DNA from: Candidatus Niyogibacteria bacterium
Lineage (GTDB): Bacteria; Patescibacteriota; Minisyncoccia; HO2-45-28
Assembly (NCBI GenBank): GCA_016432485.1
Contig: CP066691.1
Coordinates: forward strand, 676,944 to 740,943
Direction: 5' to 3'
DNA length: 64,000 nucleotides
The translations under genes and the position numbers were made by a program. Shown in pieces: positions 30,009-40,543 of this stretch (positions within the stretch are counted from its first letter, which is position 1; each line of letters starts with the position of its first letter). Under the pieces are notes generated by a model. The model saw nothing but the letters and a program-made list of their open reading frames with translations, was not told the origin of the DNA and made no database searches.

Positions 30009-31865
30009 ATGTGCGGAATCGTCGGGTATATAGGTAAGAAAAACGCGGTTCAAATAGCGCTTGACGGGCTCAGGCGTCTTGAATATCGCGGTTATGATTC
30101 GGCCGGCATTGCGGCTATTGAAGCCGGAGGCTCTATATTTATTCAAAGAGAAGTCGGAAAAATTTCAGCGCTTGAAAAAAAATTAAAAAATTTGCCGCAA
30201 AGTTCTCTGGCTATTGCCCATACGCGTTGGGCTACTCACGGCGAGCCGAGTGTTTTAAACGCCCATCCGCATGCCGACTGCACCAATAAAATTTTCGTGG
30301 CTCATAACGGCATTATTGAAAATCACGATAAAATTCGCGAAGCTCTTATGCGCGAAGGGCATATTTTTCGTTCCGAAACAGACACGGAAGTTTTGTCCCA
30401 TTTAATTGAGAGGCACCTTGCTTTTGGCGCGCCAGACCTTAAAACCGCCGTCCTGCAGGCTTTGCGCCACGTTGTCGGCACTTTCGGCCTGGTTGCCATT
30501 TCGCTTGACGAACCGCAGACTCTTGTCGGGGCAAGGCGAGGCTCGCCTCTTCTGGTGGGCATTGGCAGAAAAGAATATATTGTTGCTTCAGATGCCGCGG
30601 CGGTTCTAAATCGCACTCGAAAAGTAATATATCTTAACGACAACGAGATGGCGGTTTTAACTCCGAGGTCAAAAAAGATTTTTAATATTTTGAGAACCGG
30701 CGCGAAAAGCTCCAGACCTCTCAAAAAGGACATAAAAATAATAGATTGGTCTTTGGAGGATGCCGAAAAAGGAGAATTTGACCATTTTATGGAAAAAGAA
30801 ATCCATGAAATACCGCAGGTAATTGAAAACGCGCTTCGCGGACGCGCGATAGTTAAAGACGGCAACGCGAAACTCGGCGGTCTGGATTCCGTTTCGGACA
30901 GGCTGAAAAAAACGCGGCGCATTATTATTACCGCCTGCGGTACGTCATATTACGCGGGCCTTGTCGGCAAATATCTTTTTGAGAGTCTGGCGAATTTACC
31001 GACCGAAGTGATTTATGGGTCGGAATTCAGATATCATGTGCCGATTTTAGATAAAGAAACTTTGGTTTTAGCGATTTCGCAGTCAGGAGAAACAGCCGAT
31101 ACCCTTGAAGCCGTGCGCGAAGCCAAAAAAGCCGAAGTGCTGACTTTGGGGGTGGTGAATGTTGTCGGTTCTTCAATTGCCCGTGAAGTGCACGCCGGCA
31201 TTTATAATCACGCCGGTCCCGAAATAGCCGTGGCCTCAACCAAAGCTTTTGTTTCTCAGCTTACGGTTTTGGCGTTGGCCGCGGTTTATTTCGGCCGCAT
31301 TCAAGGCTCGCTTGATGTTTCGTTAAGTCAGGAGATTTTAAAAGAATTGGTGGCCATTCCGTCAAAAGCCAAAAAGATTCTGGCTTCATGCTCAGAAATT
31401 TTGGCGTTAGCCAAATCTTACAGCAAGTACGACAATTTTATGTATCTTGGTCGCAAATATAGCTGGCCGGTGTCTCTTGAAGGAGCTTTAAAACTCAAGG
31501 AGATTTCTTATATACACGCCGAAGGGTATCCGGCAGGAGAAATGAAACATGGCCCGATTGCGCTGGCGGACGCTCATTTTCCGGCAATCATTATAATTCC
31601 TCAAGACAGCGTCTATGAAAAGACATTATCTAACCTTCAGGAACTTAAAACCCGCAAGACAAAAATTATAGCGTTGACCACCGAAGGCAATGATGAAATT
31701 GGTAAATACGCCAACCATATTTTAACTATTCCGCAAACTCGTGAAGAACTGAGTCCTATTCTTTCTATCATACCTCTGCAGATTTTTGCCTATTACATGG
31801 CCGTTTTTAAAGGGCGAGATGTCGATAAACCCCGGAATTTAGCAAAGTCGGTAACCGTGGAATAA
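30009..31865 (+). CDS. glmS: Glutamine-fructose-6-phosphate aminotransferase
   Basis: MCGIVG, HTRWATHG, SQSGETADT, PRNLAKSVTVE. Confidence 0.98.
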   Translation: MCGIVGYIGKKNAVQIALDGLRRLEYRGYDSAGIAAIEAGGSIFIQREVGKISALEKKLKNLPQSSLAIAHTRWATHGEPSVLNAHPHADCTNKIFVAHNGIIENHDKIREALMREGHIFRSETDTEVLSHLIERHLAFGAPDLKTAVLQALRHVVGTFGLVAISLDEPQTLVGARRGSPLLVGIGRKEYIVASDAAAVLNRTRKVIYLNDNEMAVLTPRSKKIFNILRTGAKSSRPLKKDIKIIDWSLEDAEKGEFDHFMEKEIHEIPQVIENALRGRAIVKDGNAKLGGLDSVSDRLKKTRRIIITACGTSYYAGLVGKYLFESLANLPTEVIYGSEFRYHVPILDKETLVLAISQSGETADTLEAVREAKKAEVLTLGVVNVVGSSIAREVHAGIYNHAGPEIAVASTKAFVSQLTVLALAAVYFGRIQGSLDVSLSQEILKELVAIPSKAKKILASCSEILALAKSYSKYDNFMYLGRKYSWPVSLEGALKLKEISYIHAEGYPAGEMKHGPIALADAHFPAIIIIPQDSVYEKTLSNLQELKTRKTKIIALTTEGNDEIGKYANHILTIPQTREELSPILSIIPLQIFAYYMAVFKGRDVDKPRNLAKSVTVE

Positions 31866-31869
31866 ATAA

Positions 31870-32559
31870 ATGAAGTGCGCGATTTTAGCTGCCGGCGAGG
31901 GAGTAAGAATGAGGCCGCTGACATTAAAGCGACCTAAACCTCTTTTAACAGTGGACGGCAAACCGCTTATTGAACATATTATCGGCGCTTTGCCGAAAGA
32001 AATTAATGAATTGATTATGGTCATCGGTTATAAAGGCGAACAGATACAAAATTTTCTGGGAGATGAATTCAGGGGTTTAAAAATTAAATACGTTTGGCAG
32101 AAAGAAAAATTAGGCACGGGGCATGCTTTAGGCCTTTGCCGGCCGTTTTTGGGACGGGAAAAATTTTTAATGCTTTTTGCCGACGATATTTACGGCAAAG
32201 GCGTTTTTGAGGAAATGTTAAAACGAGATTTGGCCGTTGCGGTTACTGAAGTTGAAGATCCGCGGAGATTCGGCGTGATTTTGATGAATAAAAATAAAAA
32301 GATTCTTGAGATAGAAGAAAAGCCCGAAAATCCTAAATCCAACATTATTTCCTGCGGCGCCATGGTTCTTGACGGCCGGATTTTTGATTACAAGCCCAGC
32401 CGGCATTCCAATGGAGAATATTATCTGACGACTATGACTAATCAGTTGATCCAAGACTATGATCTTTACGGCGTGGAAGCCCCGACCTGGATATCTATCG
32501 GATATCCCGAAGACCTTAAGAAGGCCGAGGGCATATTAAAATTAAATGCCGAACATTAA
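31870..32559 (+). CDS. Sugar-phosphate nucleotidyltransferase (GlmU N-domain-like)
   Basis: ILAAGEG.RMRPLT..PKPL, LGTG, EEKP. Confidence 0.88.
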   Translation: MKCAILAAGEGVRMRPLTLKRPKPLLTVDGKPLIEHIIGALPKEINELIMVIGYKGEQIQNFLGDEFRGLKIKYVWQKEKLGTGHALGLCRPFLGREKFLMLFADDIYGKGVFEEMLKRDLAVAVTEVEDPRRFGVILMNKNKKILEIEEKPENPKSNIISCGAMVLDGRIFDYKPSRHSNGEYYLTTMTNQLIQDYDLYGVEAPTWISIGYPEDLKKAEGILKLNAEH

Positions 32560-32568
32560 ATTCGCTTT

Positions 32569-33528
32569 ATGCCAAAAGAAAAAAGAATTGTTGTTGTTGG
32601 CGGCGGAACCGGTGTTTATACCGTTTTGTCGGCTTTGAAAGAACATCCGGTTTATTTATCAGCTATAGTTTCTATGGCTGATGATGGAGGGTCAACCGGA
32701 ATTCTTCGCGAGGAGTTCGGTATTCTGCCGACGGGTGATGTCCGAAGAGCTTTAGTCGCCCTTTCTAAACATCCGGACGAACTTTTGTCCAAACTTTTCA
32801 ATTATCGTTTTCGCGAAGGGGGACTGAACGGCCATAATTTCGGAAATCTCATAATTACGGCGCTCGAAAGAATCTGCGGCAATTTTGAAAAAGCGTTGTA
32901 CGAAGCTTCGCGTCTTTTGGCAGTGGAAAAAGGGGAAGTGATTCCGGTGACCCTTGCTGATGTCCGTCTTTTGGCAGAGCTCGAAAACGGCGCGGTGATA
33001 CGGGGCGAAACTAATATTGATATTCCAAAACATGATGGAGAGTTGGCGATAAACAAACTCTGGCTTGAGCCGGAAGCCAAGGCAAATTCAAAGGCCCTTT
33101 ATGCCGTTAAGCGGGCCGATTTGATAGTAATGGGCCCGGGCGACCTTTATACGAGCGTTATACCGAATCTGCTTGTGAGCGGCATTTCGGAAGCAATCGC
33201 GAAGTCCTCGGCCAAAAAAATTTTTATCTGCAACCTAATGACTAAATATGGCGAGACGCACGGATTTGTGGCTCGCGATTTTGTCTTAGCCCTTGAAAAA
33301 TATCTCGGTGAAGGGATGCTGGACATCGTTATTTTAAATAATCAAAAACCGCCGGAGACAGTTTTAAGGCGTTATCGCAAAGAGCGCGCTTTTTTTGTAG
33401 ATCCCTTTCTTGCCGGATTTTCTGCCCCCTCAAAATTAAAAGTCGTAAAAACCAATTTGTTGCGCAAGGGAGAATTTATACGCCACGACCATAAAAAATT
33501 AGCCGACATAATTTTAAAATATGCCTGA
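32569..33528 (+). CDS. yvcK: YvcK/GlmR (CofD-like) family protein
   Basis: GGGTG, DDGGSTG, GHNFGN, GPGDLYTS. Confidence 0.9.
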   Translation: MPKEKRIVVVGGGTGVYTVLSALKEHPVYLSAIVSMADDGGSTGILREEFGILPTGDVRRALVALSKHPDELLSKLFNYRFREGGLNGHNFGNLIITALERICGNFEKALYEASRLLAVEKGEVIPVTLADVRLLAELENGAVIRGETNIDIPKHDGELAINKLWLEPEAKANSKALYAVKRADLIVMGPGDLYTSVIPNLLVSGISEAIAKSSAKKIFICNLMTKYGETHGFVARDFVLALEKYLGEGMLDIVILNNQKPPETVLRRYRKERAFFVDPFLAGFSAPSKLKVVKTNLLRKGEFIRHDHKKLADIILKYA

Positions 33529-34183
33529 TGTGACTAAAATCGCGCTTTTGGATTTTGACGACGTTTTGTTTAAGACCAGAGAGTTTATTGAGCTGGCCGG
33601 AAAAAACTTTTGTTTGGCGGGGGCCAAAAAGGCGGAACTCGATTTGATTTATAAAAAATATAGAGACCAACTGGTTTCTTCCGGCAAAGTTTATCACCAA
33701 GACAACTTTGTAAAGCATCTGGCCCCCAAATGTCCCGGATTTAATCCGGAAATTTTCGCGGTATTGTTTCAAAAAAATGTTGTCTCTGTTATGAAAAATC
33801 TTATATACGAAGACGTTGGTGACTTTTTGAACTTTCTGCGAAAAAACGGGTGGCGGACGATAATTATAAGCTCGGGACATCCCGATTGGCAAAGGAGAAA
33901 AATTGTTCACAGCGGAATAGATGAATTGGTCGACGACATTATTTTAACAAAGGGGCGGTCTAAAACAGAAGAAGTCGGCAGGATTTTGAGCTCATTTGCG
34001 CCGTCAGAAATAATATTTATTGATGACAATTATACCGGCTCCGTTGGCGCGGTGAAAAAAGCATTTCCGCAGATAAAAGTTTTTCAGCTGGTGCGCCAGG
34101 AACTTGCGGGACAGCGCGAAAAAGTAGATTGTGATCACGACTGCCGCACTCTTGACGAAATCCAAAAATTGCTTTTATCCTGA
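33521..34183 (+). CDS. HAD-superfamily hydrolase
   Basis: LLDFDDVL motif I; FIDD motif IV. Confidence 0.8.
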   Translation: MPDVTKIALLDFDDVLFKTREFIELAGKNFCLAGAKKAELDLIYKKYRDQLVSSGKVYHQDNFVKHLAPKCPGFNPEIFAVLFQKNVVSVMKNLIYEDVGDFLNFLRKNGWRTIIISSGHPDWQRRKIVHSGIDELVDDIILTKGRSKTEEVGRILSSFAPSEIIFIDDNYTGSVGAVKKAFPQIKVFQLVRQELAGQREKVDCDHDCRTLDEIQKLLLS

Positions 34184-34821
34184 TGGAAATATTAAAAGTT
34201 GGAAAAAATAATTTTGATGAGGCGGTTGGCAGAGCTGTGGAGGTGTTAAAAAACTGCGGGGTGGTTGTTGTGCCGACGGACACGGTTTACGGATTAGCCG
34301 CCGATGCCGGCAACGAAAAAGCGGTTAGAAAAGTTTTTGAGATAAAGGGCAGAGTGAAAGACAAAAAACTGCCCGTTTTTGTTTCTTCGCTCGAAATGCT
34401 TAGTCCAAGTCCGAACTCGGTTCTGCCAGAACCGAGTTCGGACTTGGAGCGGGAGGGCAGACTCGGGGGTTTTTTGAAAAAAGTTTGGCCCGGTAAAATA
34501 ACTTGCGTATTTAATGCAAAAAATGGCGGGACGATAGGCGTGAGAATGCCTAATCACGATTTAGTTTTAAAAATTATTGAAAAATTTGGGGGACCCATCA
34601 CGGGAACCTCGGCTAATGTTTCAGGCAAGCCGGAGCACACGAAAATAGATGAGCTTATCAAAGAGTTTAAAGGTCTCAAAGTTAAACCGGATTTAATTTT
34701 GGACGCCGGCGACTTGCCTCCGTCAAAACCATCAACTGTCCTTGACTGCACAATTTGGCCCCCAAAAATTTTAAGAGAAGGCGCGGTGAGCAAAGAAGAA
34801 CTGGAAAAATTACAGCTTTAG
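34183..34821 (+). CDS. tsaC: Threonylcarbamoyl-AMP synthase
   Basis: PTDTVYGL, K.R, TSANVSG, PSTV, LREGA. Confidence 0.93.
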   Translation: MEILKVGKNNFDEAVGRAVEVLKNCGVVVVPTDTVYGLAADAGNEKAVRKVFEIKGRVKDKKLPVFVSSLEMLSPSPNSVLPEPSSDLEREGRLGGFLKKVWPGKITCVFNAKNGGTIGVRMPNHDLVLKIIEKFGGPITGTSANVSGKPEHTKIDELIKEFKGLKVKPDLILDAGDLPPSKPSTVLDCTIWPPKILREGAVSKEELEKLQL

Positions 34822-34919
34822 TTTTATTTAACTGGATTATTTGGTTGAGGTTAAAATTTTAATTTTTAAACAAAAAACCCGACCTTTCGGGTTCGGGCTA
34901 AATATTCTCAACCACTCTA

Positions 34920-35207
34920 TTAGTTTCTGTCGATTTTGTCCATCAGTCGTTTAGCTCCTACGCAACTTATTAATCCGGCTACGAAAGAAACAACGAGAAG
35001 AGACACAGCAAGAGAATATGGTGTAATAAAACTAAAAAACCCAGGCGCACTTCTTGGAATTACGGCCACTGTGCTGATGACTATTGCCATCAATAGGGAG
35101 GACAAAAAAATTCCCGCAAAAATACCACAAATTACAAATCGCCCACTAAGTTCGCCGGCCATTTTTTTAACTTCCGAGATCGTTTTTGGACAACCGTTGA
35201 TAGACAC
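34920..35207 (-). CDS. Small two-TM membrane protein
   Basis: AAGGAGGT SD then GTG 35207; two hydrophobic helices; terminator at ~34872-34894. Confidence 0.6.
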   Translation of the reverse strand: MSINGCPKTISEVKKMAGELSGRFVICGIFAGIFLSSLLMAIVISTVAVIPRSAPGFFSFITPYSLAVSLLVVSFVAGLISCVGAKRLMDKIDRN

Positions 35208-35293
35208 GGCACCTCCTTTCTGGTCTTGGTTTTTAACACCCGATACGTATTTTATCTCTTGCAAAACCATTTGTCAATGCCTATTATCAAATA

Positions 35294-36541
35294 ATGATAG
35301 ACCAAAAAATGCGCGGACTGATTAAAGCCGAAGAAAAGCGGCAGCAAGGCGTTATCAACCTGATTGCTTCTGAAAATTTTGCATCAAAAGAGGTTCGGGA
35401 GGCGAGCGGTTCGGTTTTGACTAATAAATATTCAGAAGGTTATCCGGGGAGGCGTTATTACGCCGGAAACGAAATTATTGATAAAGTTGAGCGGCTGGCA
35501 CAGGAGCGCGCGCTGAAACTTTTTAAATTAAATCCGGCGCGTTGGGGCGTGAATGTTCAGGCGCTTTCCGGAGTTCCGGCAAATTTTCTTGTTTACTCGG
35601 CTTTGATTGAACCGGGACAAAAAATCGCGGGACAGGCCTTGGATCAGGGCGGGCACTTGTCTCACGGTTCAAAGGTTAGTTTAACCAGCAAGTTTTGGCA
35701 CTGGGTTCATTATACGGTTGACAGGAAAACAGAAATTCTGGACTATAAAAAACTTGCAAGCCGGATGAAAAGAGAAAAGCCCAGGATGATTGTTGCCGGA
35801 TATTCGGCTTATTCACAAAAATTGGATTTTAAAAAATTCAGAAAAATTGCCGATTCAGTCGGCGCGCTTTTGATGGTTGATATGGCGCATTTCGCGGGTT
35901 TGGTTGCGGGCGGAGTTTATCCTTCGCCGTTTCCTTACGCCGACATTATTACAACCACGACCCACAAAACTTTAAGAGGCCCCAGAGGCGCCTTAATTTT
36001 CGCACGAAAAATCCAACATCCAACATCCAACTTCCAACTTTCAGAGTTGATCGATAAAGCCGTATTTCCGGGGGGACAAGGCGGGCCCCATGATCATCAA
36101 ACCGCCGCGATTGCCGTCGCTTTACGCGAAGCGATGCAACCCCCGTTTAAAAAATACGCTCGCCAAATCGTAAAAAACGCGAAAGTTCTTGCCGATGAAT
36201 TAAAAAAGAAGGGCTGGCGAATTGTCTCGGGCGGAACAGACAATCATTTATTTTTAGTTGATGTCTGGTCGCAAGGTCTTGCCGGAAAAGACGCCGAGAG
36301 TATTCTGGAATCAGCCGGAATTATAATCAACCGAAACGGTATTCCGTATGACAGCCGTTCTCCTTTTAATCCGTCGGGGATTCGTATTGGAACTCCGGCC
36401 GTGACCACGAGGGGAATGAAAGAAAAAGAGATGGTGATTATCGCCGGGTGGATTGACGGGCTTTTAAAAAGTGAAATAAGCCCCTTGAGCGTTAAAAAAG
36501 AAGTCGCGCGCTTCGTAAAGAAATTTCCGATTAAACAATGA
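35294..36541 (+). CDS. glyA: Serine hydroxymethyltransferase
   Basis: LIASEN, EGYPGRRYY, GGHLSHG, TTTHKTLRGPRG. Confidence 0.97.
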   Translation: MIDQKMRGLIKAEEKRQQGVINLIASENFASKEVREASGSVLTNKYSEGYPGRRYYAGNEIIDKVERLAQERALKLFKLNPARWGVNVQALSGVPANFLVYSALIEPGQKIAGQALDQGGHLSHGSKVSLTSKFWHWVHYTVDRKTEILDYKKLASRMKREKPRMIVAGYSAYSQKLDFKKFRKIADSVGALLMVDMAHFAGLVAGGVYPSPFPYADIITTTTHKTLRGPRGALIFARKIQHPTSNFQLSELIDKAVFPGGQGGPHDHQTAAIAVALREAMQPPFKKYARQIVKNAKVLADELKKKGWRIVSGGTDNHLFLVDVWSQGLAGKDAESILESAGIIINRNGIPYDSRSPFNPSGIRIGTPAVTTRGMKEKEMVIIAGWIDGLLKSEISPLSVKKEVARFVKKFPIKQ

Positions 36542-37395
36542 TTATTGACGGAAAAAATCTTGCCGAAGAAATTAAGGAAGAATTAAAAAAAGAAATCTCG
36601 GCAGCCGGAAAAAAACTTAAGCTCGCCGTAATTTACATCGGTGAAAATCCGGCATCAGCCAGTTTTATTAAGCGAAAGCAGGCATACGGCGCGGAAATAG
36701 GCATTGAAGTTGAAATAAAAAAACCGAAAGAAGAAATATGGAAATCGCGGGCGGGATTAAGGGATTATCTCTCAAAAATAACGCACGATAAAAAAAATAA
36801 CGGAGTCATAATCCAATTGCCGCTTCCAGAAGAAATAAAATCAAGAACTCAATATCTGCTGGACGCCATTCCCGCGGATAAAGATGTTGATGTTTTGTCA
36901 TCGGAAGCCGTCGGTAAGTTCGCAAGCGCCCGCTTTTCCATAACTCCTCCGGTTGTGGGGGCGATTAAACATATTTTTGAAAAAAATAAAATTGAACTCG
37001 CGGGTAAAAATATAGTTATTGTGGGCGAGGGCGTTTTGGTGGGCAAGCCCGTTGCTTTGTGGTTTTTAAGCCGGCGTTTGCCGTTCACCATCTTAACCAC
37101 CAAGTCGCCAAATTTTTCAGAAGTTATGGCTGGCGCCGATATTGTTATTTCGGGAGCGGGCAAATCCGGATTGATTAAAAAAGGCATGGTAAAAAACGGC
37201 GTTGTTGCCATTGATGCCGGTACCTCATCCGAGTCCGGCCAACTGAAAGGAGATTTTGATCCGGTGGTTTCCGAGAAGGCGTCTTTGTTTACTCCCGTTC
37301 CCGGCGGCATCGGCCCCTTAACGGTCGCGATGCTTTTTAAAAACTTTATTGTTTTGTCGCAAAAAACCAAACACCGAGTGTCTGGTAAACATTGA
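36538..37395 (+). CDS. folD: Methylene-THF dehydrogenase/cyclohydrolase
   Basis: IIDGK, QLPLP, KDVD, TPVPGGIGP.T. Confidence 0.93.
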   Translation: MIIDGKNLAEEIKEELKKEISAAGKKLKLAVIYIGENPASASFIKRKQAYGAEIGIEVEIKKPKEEIWKSRAGLRDYLSKITHDKKNNGVIIQLPLPEEIKSRTQYLLDAIPADKDVDVLSSEAVGKFASARFSITPPVVGAIKHIFEKNKIELAGKNIVIVGEGVLVGKPVALWFLSRRLPFTILTTKSPNFSEVMAGADIVISGAGKSGLIKKGMVKNGVVAIDAGTSSESGQLKGDFDPVVSEKASLFTPVPGGIGPLTVAMLFKNFIVLSQKTKHRVSGKH

Positions 37396-37399
37396 TAAT

Positions 37400-37969
37400 A
37401 TGGATACGGCTGTTTTAAGTTATTTAAATAGTTTTGCGGGGCGATGGCAGTTTTTTGACACAGCCGTAATTTTCAAGGCCGAATATCTCGGCTGGTGGAT
37501 GCTTGCGGGAGTCGGTGCGTTTTTGGCGGTCTCCGCCTATCTAAAAAGAGGGGAATTAAAGGCAAGGCACATGGTTTTTGTGGCCGTTGTCTCGGGCCTT
37601 CTGTCGCGGTTTGTGGTTACGGAGATCATCAGATTTTTTTACGACAGACCGCGCCCGTTTGACTTGTCCGCCGAAGCCTTGGCGAAGGCGGGAGTTTTGG
37701 ATGTTTATAAACTAATAGCGCATAACGGCGGAGGGTCATTTCCTTCGGGTCATGCGGCTTTTTTCTTTGCTGTGGCAGCCGGAGTTTTTATCTATTACAA
37801 AAAGTGGGGAATTTTATTTTATTTGTTTGCTTTAGCCATGGGGCTAAGCCGAGTTATCGCGGGTATCCATTGGCCGTCAGACATCTTGGGGGGCGCTATT
37901 ATAGGCATTGCCTCGGCGTATTTAACGACTTACGTCGTATCAAAATATCAAAAACGCTCCGATATCTAA
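37400..37969 (+). CDS. PAP2 phosphatase (BcrC-like undecaprenyl-PP phosphatase)
   Basis: RPRP, SFPSGH, SRV..GIHWPSD. Confidence 0.9.
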   Translation: MDTAVLSYLNSFAGRWQFFDTAVIFKAEYLGWWMLAGVGAFLAVSAYLKRGELKARHMVFVAVVSGLLSRFVVTEIIRFFYDRPRPFDLSAEALAKAGVLDVYKLIAHNGGGSFPSGHAAFFFAVAAGVFIYYKKWGILFYLFALAMGLSRVIAGIHWPSDILGGAIIGIASAYLTTYVVSKYQKRSDI

Positions 37970-38640
37970 CTTTCCTTAACTTCCCAATCAAGATGCATTT
38001 TGGGGAGCATCATATGGGGGTTCCATTCTTTTTTGAGTTTATTTAAATCGTCGGCCGCCTGATACTTGCCTTTATCCTGGGAATAATCTTTATCTAATAT
38101 TGGCTCTACTTCGTAAAAAACCATCTGCGCTATTCTGCGTCCGACAACCAGCGGTATCGTGAAGTGCTGTGAATTGTTCGTCACCTCCATCGTCCAGCGG
38201 TTAAAGTACCCGACATCTCCCCAGCCGGCGTCTTTGCAAACCTCAATAAAATTTCGTCCGAGTGATGAGCGGGCGTACATTTTGCCGACGCATTTTTTGC
38301 GGCCGCCGACGAATTCCTGGGTGTGCGCAAGGATTGTTTCTCCCGGGTGCAGGAGAATGACCTTATCGCGCGGTTTGATATTGGCGAATTTCATCCCCAT
38401 TTGTTTTGAAAGTTTGTCCGCGTTAGCCGCTTTATGCGGTCCCGACCAAATACGTCTGGTTGAGGCCTCGTCATATATATTATGTATGGTGTGTCCGCCG
38501 TTCGGGTGCGATTCGCGCCAGAAATGCTCGCCGAGTGTCACATCGTAGCTCGTGGTTTTGAGCTTTTTGGGATGAAAAGGAGCAATAATTATATTGCCCT
38601 CCTTAATATGTCTTAAAATTGCGTTTCGGGATAAAAGCAT
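37966..38640 (-). CDS. dcd: dCTP deaminase
   Basis: SYDVTLG, ARSSLGR, AGWGDVG, TME, KYQ. Confidence 0.88.
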   Translation of the reverse strand: MLLSRNAILRHIKEGNIIIAPFHPKKLKTTSYDVTLGEHFWRESHPNGGHTIHNIYDEASTRRIWSGPHKAANADKLSKQMGMKFANIKPRDKVILLHPGETILAHTQEFVGGRKKCVGKMYARSSLGRNFIEVCKDAGWGDVGYFNRWTMEVTNNSQHFTIPLVVGRRIAQMVFYEVEPILDKDYSQDKGKYQAADDLNKLKKEWNPHMMLPKMHLDWEVKES

Positions 38641-38724
38641 AAGGAAAGTTTAGCACGCTTGAAGACGGAAGAGTATAGATTTATGATGTGGATGGCTGTT
38701 GAAAACTGAATAAGGGGTCCGATT

Positions 38725-39891
38725 ATGGATTTTGAACTGACTGCCGAGCAAAAAATGATTCAAGATATGGCGAAAGGTTTTGCCGTCACTCATTTCGCGC
38801 CCATTGTTGAAGAATATGAGGCGCAAGAAAAATGCCCCACACATCTTTTTCAGAAAACGGCCGATTGTGGATTTTTGGGCATAAATGTTCCCCAGAAGTT
38901 TGGTGGAATGGGCTTGGATTCCGTCTCTCAAATGCTTATTGTCAAGGAGTTGTCCAAGGTCTGGGCCGGGGGCACTTTGAGTTTGATCATTGTCCCGAAT
39001 TCCTTGGTAGCCTATTCTCTGGCAAAATACGGTACGGCCGAGCAAATTGAAAAATACCTGAAGCCGCTAATTAGGGGCGAGAAGCATGGGTGTTTTGGCT
39101 TGACCGAGCCGAATTATGGTTCGCATGCCTCGGGCGTGAAAACCAAAGCACACCCCCCCGACATAAGTGTGTTCGGAAGCGCATATAGAATAAATGGCGA
39201 GAAAACCTTTATTACCAATGTTACTTTTGCCGATTTTATCCTGGTTCTGGCACGAACCCATTTGGCAGACAAAGACCGGCCGGAATACGACGGTTTGACT
39301 GCTTTCATTGTAGATATAGGTGCGACTTGCGTTACCAAAGAGATAAAAAAAATAGGACTTCACTCCGCTCCTTTCGGTTCAATTCATTTTAAAGATACGT
39401 TTGTTTCGGAGGAAAATATTTTAAGCAAAGAAGGACGAGGTTTTAAAATTTTTATGGATACCCTGATTTCGGGTCGGATTTTTATTGCCGCCCAAGCGTG
39501 GGGAGTTGCTGAAGCCGCGTTTGAAGACGCGTTGGCCTATACCAAAGAGAGGAGGACTTTCGGAAAACTTTTGATTGACCATCAGGTGGTTAGCCACACT
39601 CTTGCCGATATGGCCATGGCGGTCAAAGAAGCCGAGTTCTGGACGCTTTACGCCGCTTCGCTTAAGGACTCCGGCGCGCCCGATTTTCGTAAATGGGCTT
39701 CGGCCGCGAAGACAAGGGCTACTGAAAGCGCGCTTTTTTGCGCCGATAAAAATGTTTTAATTCACGGCGGCATGGGTTACACCCGCGAAGCTCTTGCGGG
39801 ACGCCTTTGGCAGGAAGCTAAAGCATTTGAAATTTATGAGGGCGCAAATCCCATTCAAAAAGAAATTATTGCCAGAGAACTGAAAAAGTAA
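38725..39891 (+). CDS. Acyl-CoA dehydrogenase
   Basis: FGLTEP..GS, NGEKTFITN, R.TFGK, IHGGMGY, IYEGA. Confidence 0.93.
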   Translation: MDFELTAEQKMIQDMAKGFAVTHFAPIVEEYEAQEKCPTHLFQKTADCGFLGINVPQKFGGMGLDSVSQMLIVKELSKVWAGGTLSLIIVPNSLVAYSLAKYGTAEQIEKYLKPLIRGEKHGCFGLTEPNYGSHASGVKTKAHPPDISVFGSAYRINGEKTFITNVTFADFILVLARTHLADKDRPEYDGLTAFIVDIGATCVTKEIKKIGLHSAPFGSIHFKDTFVSEENILSKEGRGFKIFMDTLISGRIFIAAQAWGVAEAAFEDALAYTKERRTFGKLLIDHQVVSHTLADMAMAVKEAEFWTLYAASLKDSGAPDFRKWASAAKTRATESALFCADKNVLIHGGMGYTREALAGRLWQEAKAFEIYEGANPIQKEIIARELKK

Positions 39892-40054
39892 AAAATGAAT
39901 ACGCAACGAGTGTTGCGTATTTTTATTTTGGCGGGCGGCAAATTTTTTGAAAAATATAAAGAGAAAGGCACCGTCAACTGAATGAACGGTGCCTGTGATG
40001 GACAGCACTCGAAGGTGACTATCCGGAAACCTTTAGAACGAACGCTTACTCCTC

Positions 40055-40543
40055 CTACATCCACACCGGCCCTCGAGTTCCCCACGTGTAGGGAAGCCCG
40101 ATGCCAGCGCAGCCGTACTCGCCGCGTCTCGCCTTTTTCCAAAGGACGAGCTGTGCGTGGCGGACCTTCTGGTCACACACCACGCACAGGCGAAGCTGCC
40201 TGATCCGATCGTTCTTCACGAACCGGATCAGCGCAACCTCGACATCGGCTTGCCGACCTGATGTCTCCACCAGATCGTCGGGACCGAGCGCCGGCGGCTC
40301 CTGCGGCACTTCCGCGTATCCGTACGCGTAGTATTCGCCGTTGTAGTAATCGAGCCGGAGCGTGAAGTCGCCGAAGTTGATCTTCGGACGATGCACCACA
40401 CTTTGCCGGTCCGACCAGATCCCGAAGAGGAAGAAGAGAATCGCTTCTCTCCACCTCGACTCGGGGAATTCCTGCGACGACAGACCGCTGACCTGGATGC
40501 CATTGCTGATGACACCCGCGAGACGCGCAACTAGCTGATTCAT
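40055..40543 (-). CDS. Hypothetical protein (GC-rich cassette)
   Basis: GGAGGT SD before ATG 40543; promoter at ~40707-40737; terminator at 39958-39994. Confidence 0.65.
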   Translation of the reverse strand: MNQLVARLAGVISNGIQVSGLSSQEFPESRWREAILFFLFGIWSDRQSVVHRPKINFGDFTLRLDYYNGEYYAYGYAEVPQEPPALGPDDLVETSGRQADVEVALIRFVKNDRIRQLRLCVVCDQKVRHAQLVLWKKARRGEYGCAGIGLPYTWGTRGPVWM

